From: an uncultured Candidatus Rokubacteria bacterium
GTDB taxonomy: Bacteria > Methylomirabilota > Methylomirabilia > Rokubacteriales > CSP1-6
Length of the DNA stretch: 64,000 nt
Assembly: GCA_963841755.1 (NCBI GenBank)
Contig: CAWJDX010000010.1
Coordinates: 73,808-137,807 of the forward strand
Reading direction: 5' to 3'
Shown here: in pieces, positions 12,700-21,380 of the stretch
How positions within the stretch are numbered: the first letter of the stretch is position 1
How the letters are laid out: each line of letters starts with the position of its first letter
Position numbers and translations under genes: made by a program
Notes under the pieces: generated by a model
Seen by the model: only the letters and a program-made list of their open reading frames with translations
What the model was told of the DNA's origin: nothing
The model's database searches: none

Positions 12700-13227
12700 T
12701 CACGGGTTCGCGAGGGTATCGGCCACCGGCGACTTCCGGTCGATCGTCTCCTTGCATCGCCGCACCTGCTCCTCGGAGGCCGGGCTCTGGATGGTGACCG
12801 TGTAGCGGATGTCGGTGAAGCCGTTGCGCACCGACTTGTCGTGCCCGAGCACGCCGCGGAAGTCGATGTCGGCCTCCAGGTCCACGCTCAGGGCGTCGAT
12901 GGGCACGTTGAACAGGGCGGCGTTGGCCGCGATCCCCGAGGTGATGCAGCCCGCGAGGGCGGCCAGCAGCGTCTCCGCGGCGGTCGGCGCCGCGTCCACG
13001 CCGCCCAGCCCGGCCGGCGCGTCCATCGTGACGAAGAAGCGTCGCGTCGGGGGTGTCGCCACCTTGCCGAGGATCTCCTGGGTTCCGATCTCGACCAGGG
13101 CCTTGACGCCGCGCTGCCAGGTGGAGCGGAGCTTGACGGTGCGCTTCCCGAGCGCGGGATTCTCGCGGACCTTGCGGTCCATTTCCTTCATGCCGTCGAG
13201 GTCGACGTCGTTCAGTCCGAGTGCCAT
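12700..13227 (-). CDS. OsmC-family peroxiredoxin-like protein
   Basis: Intact 175 aa with OsmC-like …PTAAETLLAALAGCITSGIAANAA…. GAGGAGG lies upstream of the ATG. Confidence 0.85.
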   Translation of the reverse strand: MALGLNDVDLDGMKEMDRKVRENPALGKRTVKLRSTWQRGVKALVEIGTQEILGKVATPPTRRFFVTMDAPAGLGGVDAAPTAAETLLAALAGCITSGIAANAALFNVPIDALSVDLEADIDFRGVLGHDKSVRNGFTDIRYTVTIQSPASEEQVRRCKETIDRKSPVADTLANP

Positions 13228-13291
13228 TGGTGTCCTCCTCTGAGGTTGCGAATGTTCCAGGTCGAGCGTTGGCGCCGGGTGTCGACGGCGC

Positions 13292-15374
13292 TCAACGCCT
13301 TGCTCCGTCCAGCAGCGGCGCGATCAGCGCGGCGGCCCGGCGGGCCCCGTCGGTCTCCACGTCCCGGTAGGCCACCGGGCGCTTGAGCCCTTCGGCCACC
13401 GCGTGCGCGAGCGTCTCCGGATCGGCTTCCGCATAGTCCATGCGCACCCCCGCGCCGTAGCGAGCGAGCCGATGCGGCACGTGGACGCTCTGCTCGAAGT
13501 GGCGCCGCAGCGGGAAGTAGATGAATGGCCGCCGGGTCGCGGTCAGCTCCATGCAGGTGCTGAGACCGCCCTGCACGATCGCGAGGTCGCACCCGGCCAG
13601 GTGGCCGTACAGATCGGGCACGAAGCTCCGGTACTCGACGCCCGGCGTCGGCGGGAGCGCGGCGGGGTCGATCCGCGGCCCGGTGACCACGATCAGCCGG
13701 AGATCGGGGACGCGCTGCCTCATGTGCGGGAATGCGGCCACGACCTTCCGCAGCAGGTGCCGGCCGACCGCGGTCCCGCCCACCGCCGCGAGGACGACCC
13801 GCTCGTCGGCCCGGAACCCGAGCCGCGCCGCAGGCCGTCGCGGTCCGCGAACTCGGCGGGGTCGAAGGGCAGGACGTAGCCCGGGAAGTCGTAGTGCGCG
13901 CCGGTCCACTCCCGGATGCCGGGGAGTCCCGGCCCGAAGGGGCGATCCACCACGTCGTCGCGAGATCCACGAAGAGGGCCCGGTCCCGGACACGGGGAAA
14001 GCGCGCGACCTGCTCGATCATCTCGGTGTTGTAGTCGGCGGCGAGCCGCGCCTCGGAGGAGGCGGGATCGCCGTCCACCGGCAGCCAGCCCACGAAGTCG
14101 GTGAGCCAGGCGAACGCGGTGCGCTTCAGCTCCGGGTTCTCGTGGAGGTAGTAGTCGGTCTCCCAGGCCTCGTCGCCGATCACGAGGTCGTGGGGCTCGG
14201 CCTCCAGCACGTCGTGCAGCACCATGAAGTTGGCGAGCAGGATCTCGTCCATGTTCCGCCAGGCTGGAACACGTGGAGGTCGTGCTCGCCCGCCTCCGAC
14301 TCGATGTGGGCGGACTCCCCGCCAGGAGCCGGCTCGCGGGATGGACCGTCTCGCTCGCGCCTCCAGGACCCGCGTGACCGGGTCCTGGGCGAGCCACTGG
14401 ATCTCGAGGTCGGGCTGGAGCAGGCGCAGCTCGCGGGCGATCGCCACGTCGCGCAGCGAATGGCCGAGCCGATCGGGCTCGAGACGATGAGCGCGCGCCG
14501 CGGCCGGGTCATCGCCCGGCGCCAGGGCCGTCGCGCGGGCGCCGGCGGATCCAGGAAATCGCGGACGGCCAGGTTGTAGCGAACCGGATCGCGGACCTGC
14601 GGGCAGTGCCCCGACCCCTCGAAGGGCATGAGCACCGACCCCGCGATGGCGGCGTGCGCGCGCTCGGCCAGCCGGAACGGCCGCACCGCGTCCTTCGTGC
14701 CGTGGATGATGAGGGTGGGCGCGTGGATCCGGGCCAGCAGGTCGGCGGCCGAGGACCGGCACGACCACTCGCGGGCAGTCGCGATGAGGACCTCGGGCGT
14801 GGTGCCGAGCGCCCACGCGAGGCCGTCCTCCCGGGCCTTCGACGAGTGCGGCTCCGTGAAGGTCTGGGCCATGAAGAACTCGAGGAACTCGCGGTAGTGC
14901 GCGCGCCAGTAGTGGGCGTTGTACTTGTTCCACCCTTCGTAGTGGTCGCGCGGCTCGAGGAAGCCCGGGGGGATCTGGACCTCGTCGTCGACGGTGGTGG
15001 CGGTGAGGACCAGCCGGTCGACGCGCGCGGGGTGCTGCGCGGCCAGGATGGCGCCGGGCCAGGTGCCGCGCGAGAGGCACACGAGCGACGCCCGCTCGAC
15101 GCCGGCCGCGTCCAGGACCGCGCGGGTGTGATCGGCCATGCGGTCGTGGTCGTACCCGGTCGCCGGCCGGTCCGAGCGCCCGTTGCCCGGCGGGTCGAAG
15201 GTCAGCGTCCGGAAGTAGCGGGCGAAGTAGGGCACCTGCAGCTTCCAGACCCGGCTGTCGACGATCTGCCACGGCGGGAGGAAGAGGACCGCGCGGGGGC
15301 CGCGGCCGTGCTCTCCAGAAGATCCGGACGCCGTGCGACTCCACGTGGCCTTCGCGGTCCGGCGCGCGCCGCAA
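13292..15374 (-). CDS. Alpha/beta-hydrolase::glycosyltransferase fusion, paralog 2, heavily frame-disrupted (about 8 or more indels)
   Basis: Collinear with the intact upstream paralog but scattered over 3 frames. Pieces: MRRAPDREGHVESHGVRIFW / …LFLPPWQIVDSRVWKLQVPYFARYFRTLTFDPPGNGRSDRP… / …SSPIG LGHSLRDVAIARELR… / …RADERVVLAAVGGTAVG…LAIVQGGLSTCMELTA…. Confidence 0.7.
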
Positions 15375-15387
15375 CGGATTGGGTCCT

Positions 15388-17457
15388 CTACAGCAGCCCG
15401 GCGATGAGCCGCGCGGCGCGATCGGTGCCGTCGAGCGGCACCTCTGCGGAGTGGACCGGCTTGCCGAGGTGCTCGAGCATCACGGCGCCGAGGACCTCGG
15501 GGCTGGTGTGATCGTAGTCGAGGCGCACCCCCGCGCCGAGGCGATCGAGGCGCCGGGCCACGTGCAGCTGCTGCTCGAAGTGATGGCGGAGCGGGAAGTA
15601 GATGAAGGGGGTACGGAGAGCGGCCAGCTCCATGGTGGTGGTGAGCCCGCCCTGGACGATCGCGAGATCGGCCGCCGCGTGGTGCTCGAAGAGATCGGGG
15701 ACGAAGGCGCGCACCTCGACCCGCGGCCCCAGGTTCGTCTCCAGCTCGGTGAGCCGCGGGCCCCCGACCAGGATCAGGCGGGCCTCCGGGATCTGGGCCG
15801 AGATCATGGCGAAGGCCTCCGCGCACTTGCGGAGCAGGCTCCGCCCGACGCGCGTTCCTCCGACGGAGGCCAGGATCACGCGCTCGTCGGCCCGGTAGCC
15901 GAGCTTCACCCGCAGGGCCGCGCGATCGCGCAGGGCCCGGGGATCGAAGTGGAAGGTGTAGCCGGAGAACCGGAAGTGCTCCCGCGCCCACTGCCGCATG
16001 TTCGGCAGATCGGGGCCGAACTCGCGGTCGAGCACGTCGTCCTCGTCGCCGACCAGGATCGACAGGTCGCGCACGTCGGGATGCAGGCGCAGGTGGTCGA
16101 CGTTCTCCGCGTTCTTCTCCCAGCAGCGGATGAACTCGGTGGAGGTCCGGTCCTCCCGCATCGGGAGCAGGCCGATGAAGTCGGTGAGGAAGGCGTAGGG
16201 GGCCCGCTTCAGGTCGGGGTTCTCGTGGAGGAAGTAGTCGAGGTCCCACCCCTCGTCGCCGACCCACAGGTCGTACCGCTCGCGCTCCACCACGTCGGCG
16301 AGGGTCATGAAGTTCGCGGTCATGATCTCGTCCATGTCCCACAGCGCGTTGAACGCGTGCAGCTCGTGATCGGCGGCCCAGCCCTCGAAGTGCGTGGTCT
16401 CGTTCTGGAGCAGGCGGGTGGCCGGGTGCAGGCGCTCGCCCCAGTGCTGGACGACGCGATCCGCGGGGTCGCCGGCGAGGAAGTCGACCACGACGTCCGG
16501 ATCGAGCGCGCGCAGCCGCCGGGCGATCGCGAGGTCGCGCTGGACGTGCCCGAGCCCGATGGGGCTCGAGAGCCAGAGCACGCGCCGCCGGCTGTCCCGC
16601 GGGGCCCGGCGGGGCGCCGGGGGCGGGTCGGCCGCGGGCACCGTCCGCTCGGTGGTGGGCGGGATCGTGGCCTCCGCGACCTCCTGCCCGAGCGCGAAGT
16701 CGCGGATGAGACGGTTCACCTTCACCGCGTCGCGGCCGAACAGGCCGTGGCCGCCGCGCGCGAAGGTGACCAGGCGGGCGCCGGGGATCGCCGCGACCAT
16801 CTTCTGGGCGTGCGAGTAGGGGACGATCTTGTCGTTGGTCCCGTGCAGGGCCAGGGTGGGCACCCGGAGCTGGCCGAGTAGCTCGTGCACGTCGATGCCG
16901 TCGATCGCGCGCAGCGACTCGATCAGGACCTCGGGGGTGGTCTCGCCGGCCCAGGTCACGCAGTCCTCGATCCCCTTGAGCGAGTGCGGCTCCGGGAAGA
17001 TGCGCTTGAAGAGGCGCGTCCGCCAGTTGTCGAAGTCGTCGCGGATCACCCGCGCGACGCGCTCCTCGAACGGCTGCGGCACCGATTCGGCGTACTGGCC
17101 GGAGAGCAAGATCAGGTGCGAGAGCCGGTCCGGATGGGCAACCGCGTAGCGGAACGCGAGCGGGGCCGCGCACGAGAACGCGACCAGGGCGATGGGCGGC
17201 CGCGCGACCTCGTCGAGGACGGCCATGAGGTCGCCGTACCGCGTGTCCAGGTCGTAGCCGGTGGGCGGCCGGTCGGATCGCCCGTTGCCGCGCGGGTCCA
17301 TCGTGATCACGCGGAAGTAGCGCGACAGGTACGGGATCTGGTGCTTCCACATCCGGCTGTACGTCACGACCTGACACTGGGGCAGCAGGACCAGATCGCG
17401 GGTCCCGCTGCCGGTGACCTGATAGAAGATGCGCGCGCCCGGCCGGTGAACGTACAT
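15388..17457 (-). CDS. Alpha/beta-hydrolase::glycosyltransferase (GT-B, MurG/GT28-C/Glyco_trans_1_3-like) fusion, paralog 1, intact
   Basis: Start at MYVHRPGARIFYQ (aa 48 of ORF 15388..17598) with GGAG upstream. Hydrolase half: …MDPRGNGRSDRP…HGTNDKIVP…GGHG…. GT half: …LSSPIGLGHVQRDLAIARRL…ILASVGGTRVG…LAIVQGGLTTTMELAA…. Confidence 0.8.
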   Translation of the reverse strand: MYVHRPGARIFYQVTGSGTRDLVLLPQCQVVTYSRMWKHQIPYLSRYFRVITMDPRGNGRSDRPPTGYDLDTRYGDLMAVLDEVARPPIALVAFSCAAPLAFRYAVAHPDRLSHLILLSGQYAESVPQPFEERVARVIRDDFDNWRTRLFKRIFPEPHSLKGIEDCVTWAGETTPEVLIESLRAIDGIDVHELLGQLRVPTLALHGTNDKIVPYSHAQKMVAAIPGARLVTFARGGHGLFGRDAVKVNRLIRDFALGQEVAEATIPPTTERTVPAADPPPAPRRAPRDSRRRVLWLSSPIGLGHVQRDLAIARRLRALDPDVVVDFLAGDPADRVVQHWGERLHPATRLLQNETTHFEGWAADHELHAFNALWDMDEIMTANFMTLADVVERERYDLWVGDEGWDLDYFLHENPDLKRAPYAFLTDFIGLLPMREDRTSTEFIRCWEKNAENVDHLRLHPDVRDLSILVGDEDDVLDREFGPDLPNMRQWAREHFRFSGYTFHFDPRALRDRAALRVKLGYRADERVILASVGGTRVGRSLLRKCAEAFAMISAQIPEARLILVGGPRLTELETNLGPRVEVRAFVPDLFEHHAAADLAIVQGGLTTTMELAALRTPFIYFPLRHHFEQQLHVARRLDRLGAGVRLDYDHTSPEVLGAVMLEHLGKPVHSAEVPLDGTDRAARLIAGLL

Positions 17458-18481
17458 CAGTCGTTTCTCCTCGAGGGGAGCGGATGGGCCAGCGGCCCGG
17501 GCGATCGCGCCGCGCCATCTCGTAGAGGACCAGCGCCGCGCCGCCGCGCACGGTGGCGCGCTTGTCGGCCGGCACCACGCGAACCGTCGTCGCGTCAAGC
17601 GTGGCGCCGAGCCCCCGGCGCCGGGCCCGGCGCAGGATGTCGTCCTGCAGCGGAGCCAGTGACGTGGCCACCCCGCCGGTGATCAGGATGACCTCCGGGT
17701 TCAGCAGGCTCACGAGCGCCCCGATGCCCATCGCGAGGGCCTCGCAGGCCTCGTCGACCACCACCCGCGCGAGGGGATCGCCGGCGGCGGCCTCCTCGAA
17801 CAGGAGCGGCGCGGCGATGCGCGCCGGATCGCCGCCGGCCCGCGCCAGCAGCGACGAGCCCGGGTAGGCCGTGAGCCGGTCCCTCGCCCGGTCCGCCATC
17901 ATGGCCCCCGCCACGTAGGTGGCCAGGCATCCGATGCTGCCGCAGAGGCAGCGCGGGCCGGTGAGGCTCACGCTCATGTGGCCGATCTCGCCCGCGCTGT
18001 GGTCGTGCCCGCGGACGAGGCGGCCGTCCAGGATCAGGCCGGCGCCCATCCCGGTGCCGATGGCCACCGTGACCAGCGAGGCGGCGCCCCGGCCGAGCCC
18101 GAACGTCCACTCGCCCAGGGTGAGCGCGTTCACGTCGTTGTCCACGAAGACGGGATGCCCGCTGCGGTCCTGGATGAGCGCGGCGAGCGGCACGTCGCCC
18201 AGCTCGGCGAGCCAGGCGAACGCCAGCGAGCGCATGGATCCCTTGTCGACATCGACCAGGCCGGGCAGGCCGACCCCGATCCCGGACACGCGAAGGCCCC
18301 GGTCCGCGGCGGCGGAGAGGGCGCGATCGATCAGCATGAAGATCGTGTCGACGGCCCCGCGGCCGCCCTGGGTCGGGGCCTGGGCGGCGACGAGCACGGT
18401 GCCGTCGAGGTCGACGAGCCCGGCCGAGATCGTCGAGGCTCCGACGTCCACTCCGACCACCGGATCGCTCAGGATCATCAT
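17457..18481 (-). CDS. ROK-family protein (sugar kinase-like), frameshift near the 3' end
   Basis: MMILSDPVVGVDVGASTISAGLV…DNDVNALTLGE…GHMSV…CLCGSIGCLATY (ROK Zn motif). The in-frame stop is missing. A TGA overlapping the next ATG (TGATG at 17455-17459) is reached only after a shift. GGAGG lies 6 nt upstream of the ATG. Confidence 0.8.
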
Positions 18482-18495
18482 GCGGCCTCCTCAGC

Positions 18496-18510
18496 GCAAG
18501 GCCTGTGCCA
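18496..18510 (-). promoter_or_regulatory. Candidate sigma-54 (-24/-12) promoter of the ROK/GT-fusion/OsmC operon
   Basis: The minus strand reads TGGCACaggccTTGC, an exact match to the TGGCAC-N5-TTGC core, 15 nt upstream of the ATG at 18481. Confidence 0.5.
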
Positions 18511-18553
18511 GCGCGGAAACCCGCTCAATATCGAGATCCACCCGGCGCGGGCT

Positions 18554-18568
18554 GCAAGGCGACCTTGC
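18554..18568. promoter_or_regulatory. 15-bp palindrome GCAAGGCGACCTTGC, candidate activator (UAS) site
   Basis: Perfect 6-3-6 inverted repeat centred about 52 bp upstream of the -24 GG of the minus-strand sigma-54 motif. A near-identical copy lies at 18808-18822. Confidence 0.4.
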
Positions 18569-18807
18569 GGAGCCGGCGCTCCCGCGCGGCAAGAGCCCGT
18601 CGACGCAGGGCGCCCGGCCCGCAAGCTGACATGGCGGGGCGTCCGGTCGAGCGTGCAAGGTCGCGATGCCCCGCGGCCGCCCGGCGGCGTCCAGCCGGTC
18701 CCCCTGCCGTCTGCTCTTGCGCGTGCATGGTCTCGAGGCGCCACGTCAGCTTGCGTTGCCAAGGTCGCGAAATCAAGCGCAGGCGGATCGCGGCGCCTCG
18801 ATCCGGC

Positions 18808-18822
18808 GCAAGGCGATCTTGC
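18808..18822. promoter_or_regulatory. 15-bp palindrome GCAAGGCGATCTTGC, candidate activator (UAS) site
   Basis: One-nt variant of the 18554-18568 site, centred about 50 bp upstream of the -24 GG of the plus-strand sigma-54 motif. Confidence 0.4.
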
Positions 18823-18863
18823 TTCCGCCGACGCAATCACCTGGAATTTCGCGGGTCGCCGCG

Positions 18864-18879
18864 GGGCACGGCGCTTGCT
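18864..18879 (+). promoter_or_regulatory. Candidate sigma-54 (-24/-12) promoter of the cupin/hydrolase/methyltransferase operon
   Basis: gGGCACGgcgcTTGCt: GG and GC have correct spacing and every core position except the first T matches. It lies 69 nt upstream of the ATG at 18948. Confidence 0.45.
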
Positions 18880-18947
18880 CGCCGACGGCGTGGCGCCGTG
18901 GCGCCCGAAGCGAACCCGCCCACCCCAACGAACAAGGAGAACCGAAC

Positions 18948-19412
18948 ATGCGTCGCATCGTACTCGCGCTCCTGATGCTCACCGCTCTCGTCGCACCTCC
19001 CGCGCACGCCCAGACGCACGGGCACATCGTCGTCCTGCCGGACACCCTCAAGTGGGTCGAGCCCGCGCCGCTCCCGGGGGCCCTGCTCGCGGTGATCCAC
19101 GGTGACCCGAGCAAGGAAGGGCCGTTCGTCTATCGGCTCAAGATGCCGGCCGGCTACAAGATTCCCGCGCACCTGCACAAGGCGAGCGAGAACGTCACCG
19201 TACTCTCCGGGGTGTTCTTCATCGGTCTCGGCGAGAAGCTCGACCAGGGCAAGGGAGAGGAGCTGCCGACCGGGGCTTTCTTCTCGGTGCCGCCGGATCA
19301 TCCGCACTACGCGTGGGCGGGCCGCGGCGAGACGATCGTGCAGGTGCACGGCGTGGGCCCGACCGATCTGCGGTTCGTGAATCCAGACGACGACCCGCGG
19401 AAGAAGAAGTAG
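18948..19412 (+). CDS. Secreted cupin-domain protein
   Basis: MRRIVLALLMLTALVAPPAHAQ signal peptide with AAGGAG 9 nt upstream. Cupin-like …YKIPAHLHKASENVTVLSGVFF…PPDHPHYAWA…. Confidence 0.75.
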   Translation: MRRIVLALLMLTALVAPPAHAQTHGHIVVLPDTLKWVEPAPLPGALLAVIHGDPSKEGPFVYRLKMPAGYKIPAHLHKASENVTVLSGVFFIGLGEKLDQGKGEELPTGAFFSVPPDHPHYAWAGRGETIVQVHGVGPTDLRFVNPDDDPRKKK

Positions 19413-19414
19413 CC

Positions 19415-20221
19415 ATGGCCACGATGACGCCCACCCGGGCGTACGTCCGCGAGGTGGGCACCGGCCCGGCCGTCGTCTGCATCCACGCGAGCGCCAGCTC
19501 CTCGGCGCAGTGGCGGCCCTTGATGGACCATCTGGCCGAACGCTTCCGCACGCTGGCGGTCGACCTCTACGGCTCCGGCCGGAGCCCCCGCTGGCCCGAG
19601 GATCGGCCGCTATCGCTGGCGGACGAGGTGGCCCTGCTCGAGCCGGTCCTCGCAGAGGCCGGCGAGCGGTTCCACGTGGTCGGCCACTCGTACGGCGGCG
19701 CGGTGGCGCTCAAAGCCGCGCTCGCCGATCCCGGCCGCCTCCGCTCGCTGGTCGTGTTCGAGCCGGTGCTGTTCTCGGTTCTGTTATCCGAGGATCCCAC
19801 CCAGCCCGCCGCGCGCGAGATCGTGGCGGTGCGCGACGACACCGTCGCCGCGGTGCGCATCGGGGACCCGCACGGATCCGGCGCGCGGTTCCTCGACTAC
19901 TGGATGGGAGCCGGCGCCTGGGCCGCCATGCCGGAGCTGCGGCGCGCCGCGGTGGCCACCGCGATGGGCGGCGTGGCCGCGGAATGGCACGCCGCGTTCA
20001 CGGAAGAGGCGCCGCTCTCGTCGTTCGCGTCGCTCGACGTGCCGACCCTCTTGCTCACCGGCTCCGACTCGCCGGAGTCCTCCCGAGGCGTGGCCCGGCT
20101 GCTGACGAAGGCCCTGCCGCGCGTGAGCGCGGTCGAGGTCGCGGGGGTGGGGCACATGGGCCCCGTGACCCACCCGGAGCGGATCAACGCGCTGATCGAG
20201 CGCCACCTCGACGCGCACTAG
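19415..20221 (+). CDS. Alpha/beta hydrolase
   Basis: Starts 3 nt after the cupin stop. Contains HVVGHSYGG (G-x-S-x-G elbow) and a C-terminal GHMGP. Confidence 0.85.
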   Translation: MATMTPTRAYVREVGTGPAVVCIHASASSSAQWRPLMDHLAERFRTLAVDLYGSGRSPRWPEDRPLSLADEVALLEPVLAEAGERFHVVGHSYGGAVALKAALADPGRLRSLVVFEPVLFSVLLSEDPTQPAAREIVAVRDDTVAAVRIGDPHGSGARFLDYWMGAGAWAAMPELRRAAVATAMGGVAAEWHAAFTEEAPLSSFASLDVPTLLLTGSDSPESSRGVARLLTKALPRVSAVEVAGVGHMGPVTHPERINALIERHLDAH

Positions 20222-20268
20222 CGGCAAACCCAACTCGAAGGGCCGATCGGCCCGGAAGGAGACACACC

Positions 20269-21330
20269 ATGGCACCCGAGCAGGCGACGCTGGATCCAAA
20301 CAAAGTGAACGAGTTTCTTGGCAAGGCGATCTCGGATGTGGCGGCCACGTTCCACGCAGGCCTCGTGCTCATCGGCGACAAGCTCGGTCTGTACCGGGCG
20401 ATGGCCGGCGCCGGCCCGCTGAGCCCGGCGGACCTGGCCAAGCGCACCGGCACCCGCGAGCGCTACGTGCGCGAGTGGCTGTCCGCGCAAGCCGCGGGCG
20501 GCTACGTCACCTACGAGCCGGCGACCGGCCGCTTCACGCTGCCGCCGGAGCAGGCGTTCCTGATGCTCGACGCGGACTTGCCGGGGGCGTTCCAGCTCAG
20601 CGTCGGCTCGGTGCGCGACGAGCCGCGGATCTCGGACGCGTTCCGGACCGGCGCCGGCGTGGGCTGGCACGAGCACGACACCGGAGTGTACGAGGGCTGC
20701 GAGCGGTTCTTCCGCCCCGGCTACGCCATGAATCTCGTCAGCCAGTGGATCCCCGCGCTCGAGGGGGTGAAGGCGCGGCTCGAGGTGGGCGGCCGGGTCG
20801 CCGACGTGGGCTGCGGCCACGGCGCGTCCAGCATCATCATGGCGCAGGCGTTCCCCCGCACGACCGTCACCGGCTTCGACTACCATCCCGCGTCCATCCA
20901 GGCCGCGCGGCAGGCGGCCGACAAGGCCGGGGTGGGGGACCGGCTGTCGTTCGAGGTGACCGCGGCCAGGGACTACCCGGGCAGCGGCTACGACCTGGTC
21001 ACCTTCTTCGACTGCCTGCACGACATGGGCGATCCGGTGGGCGCCGCGCGCCAGGTGCGGCAGTCGCTCGCCCCGGGCGGGGTCTGGATGCTGGTGGAGC
21101 CCTTCGCCAACGACCGGCTGGAGGACAATCTCAACCCGGTCGGCCGTCTCTACTACGCGGCGTCGACCCTGCTCTGCACGCCCGCGTCGCTCAGCCAGGA
21201 GGTGGGGCTCGCGCTCGGCGCGCAGGCGGGGGAGAAGCGGCTCCGTGAGGTGCTGACCGAGGCGGGATTCACGCGGATCCGGCGGGTGGCCCAGACCCCC
21301 GCGAACATGGTCTTCGAAGTCCGCGTGTAG
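20269..21330 (+). CDS. Class I SAM-dependent methyltransferase with N-terminal winged-helix-like dimerisation region
   Basis: VADVGCGHGAS (motif I) and DLVTFFDCLHDM. GGAAGGAG lies upstream of the ATG at 20269. Confidence 0.85.
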   Translation: MAPEQATLDPNKVNEFLGKAISDVAATFHAGLVLIGDKLGLYRAMAGAGPLSPADLAKRTGTRERYVREWLSAQAAGGYVTYEPATGRFTLPPEQAFLMLDADLPGAFQLSVGSVRDEPRISDAFRTGAGVGWHEHDTGVYEGCERFFRPGYAMNLVSQWIPALEGVKARLEVGGRVADVGCGHGASSIIMAQAFPRTTVTGFDYHPASIQAARQAADKAGVGDRLSFEVTAARDYPGSGYDLVTFFDCLHDMGDPVGAARQVRQSLAPGGVWMLVEPFANDRLEDNLNPVGRLYYAASTLLCTPASLSQEVGLALGAQAGEKRLREVLTEAGFTRIRRVAQTPANMVFEVRV

Positions 21331-21335
21331 CAGAA

Positions 21336-21375
21336 GGGGTCAGGTCTTACATGTTGGAATGTAAGACCTGACCCC
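21336..21375. repeat. REP-like palindromic element, family A, short form (17-bp stem, 6-nt loop) at a convergent gene junction
   Basis: GGGGTCAGGTCTTACAT gttgga ATGTAAGACCTGACCCC. The arms are identical to the outer arms of 7708-7793. Confidence 0.8.
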
Positions 21376-21380
21376 GTCAG

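Noticed and set aside
14180-18481. 1433-aa ORF
   Set aside because: It is a composite of the ROK gene, a wrong-frame passage across the intact hydrolase::GT gene (whose real frame is ORF 15388..17598), and the hydrolase half of paralog 2.
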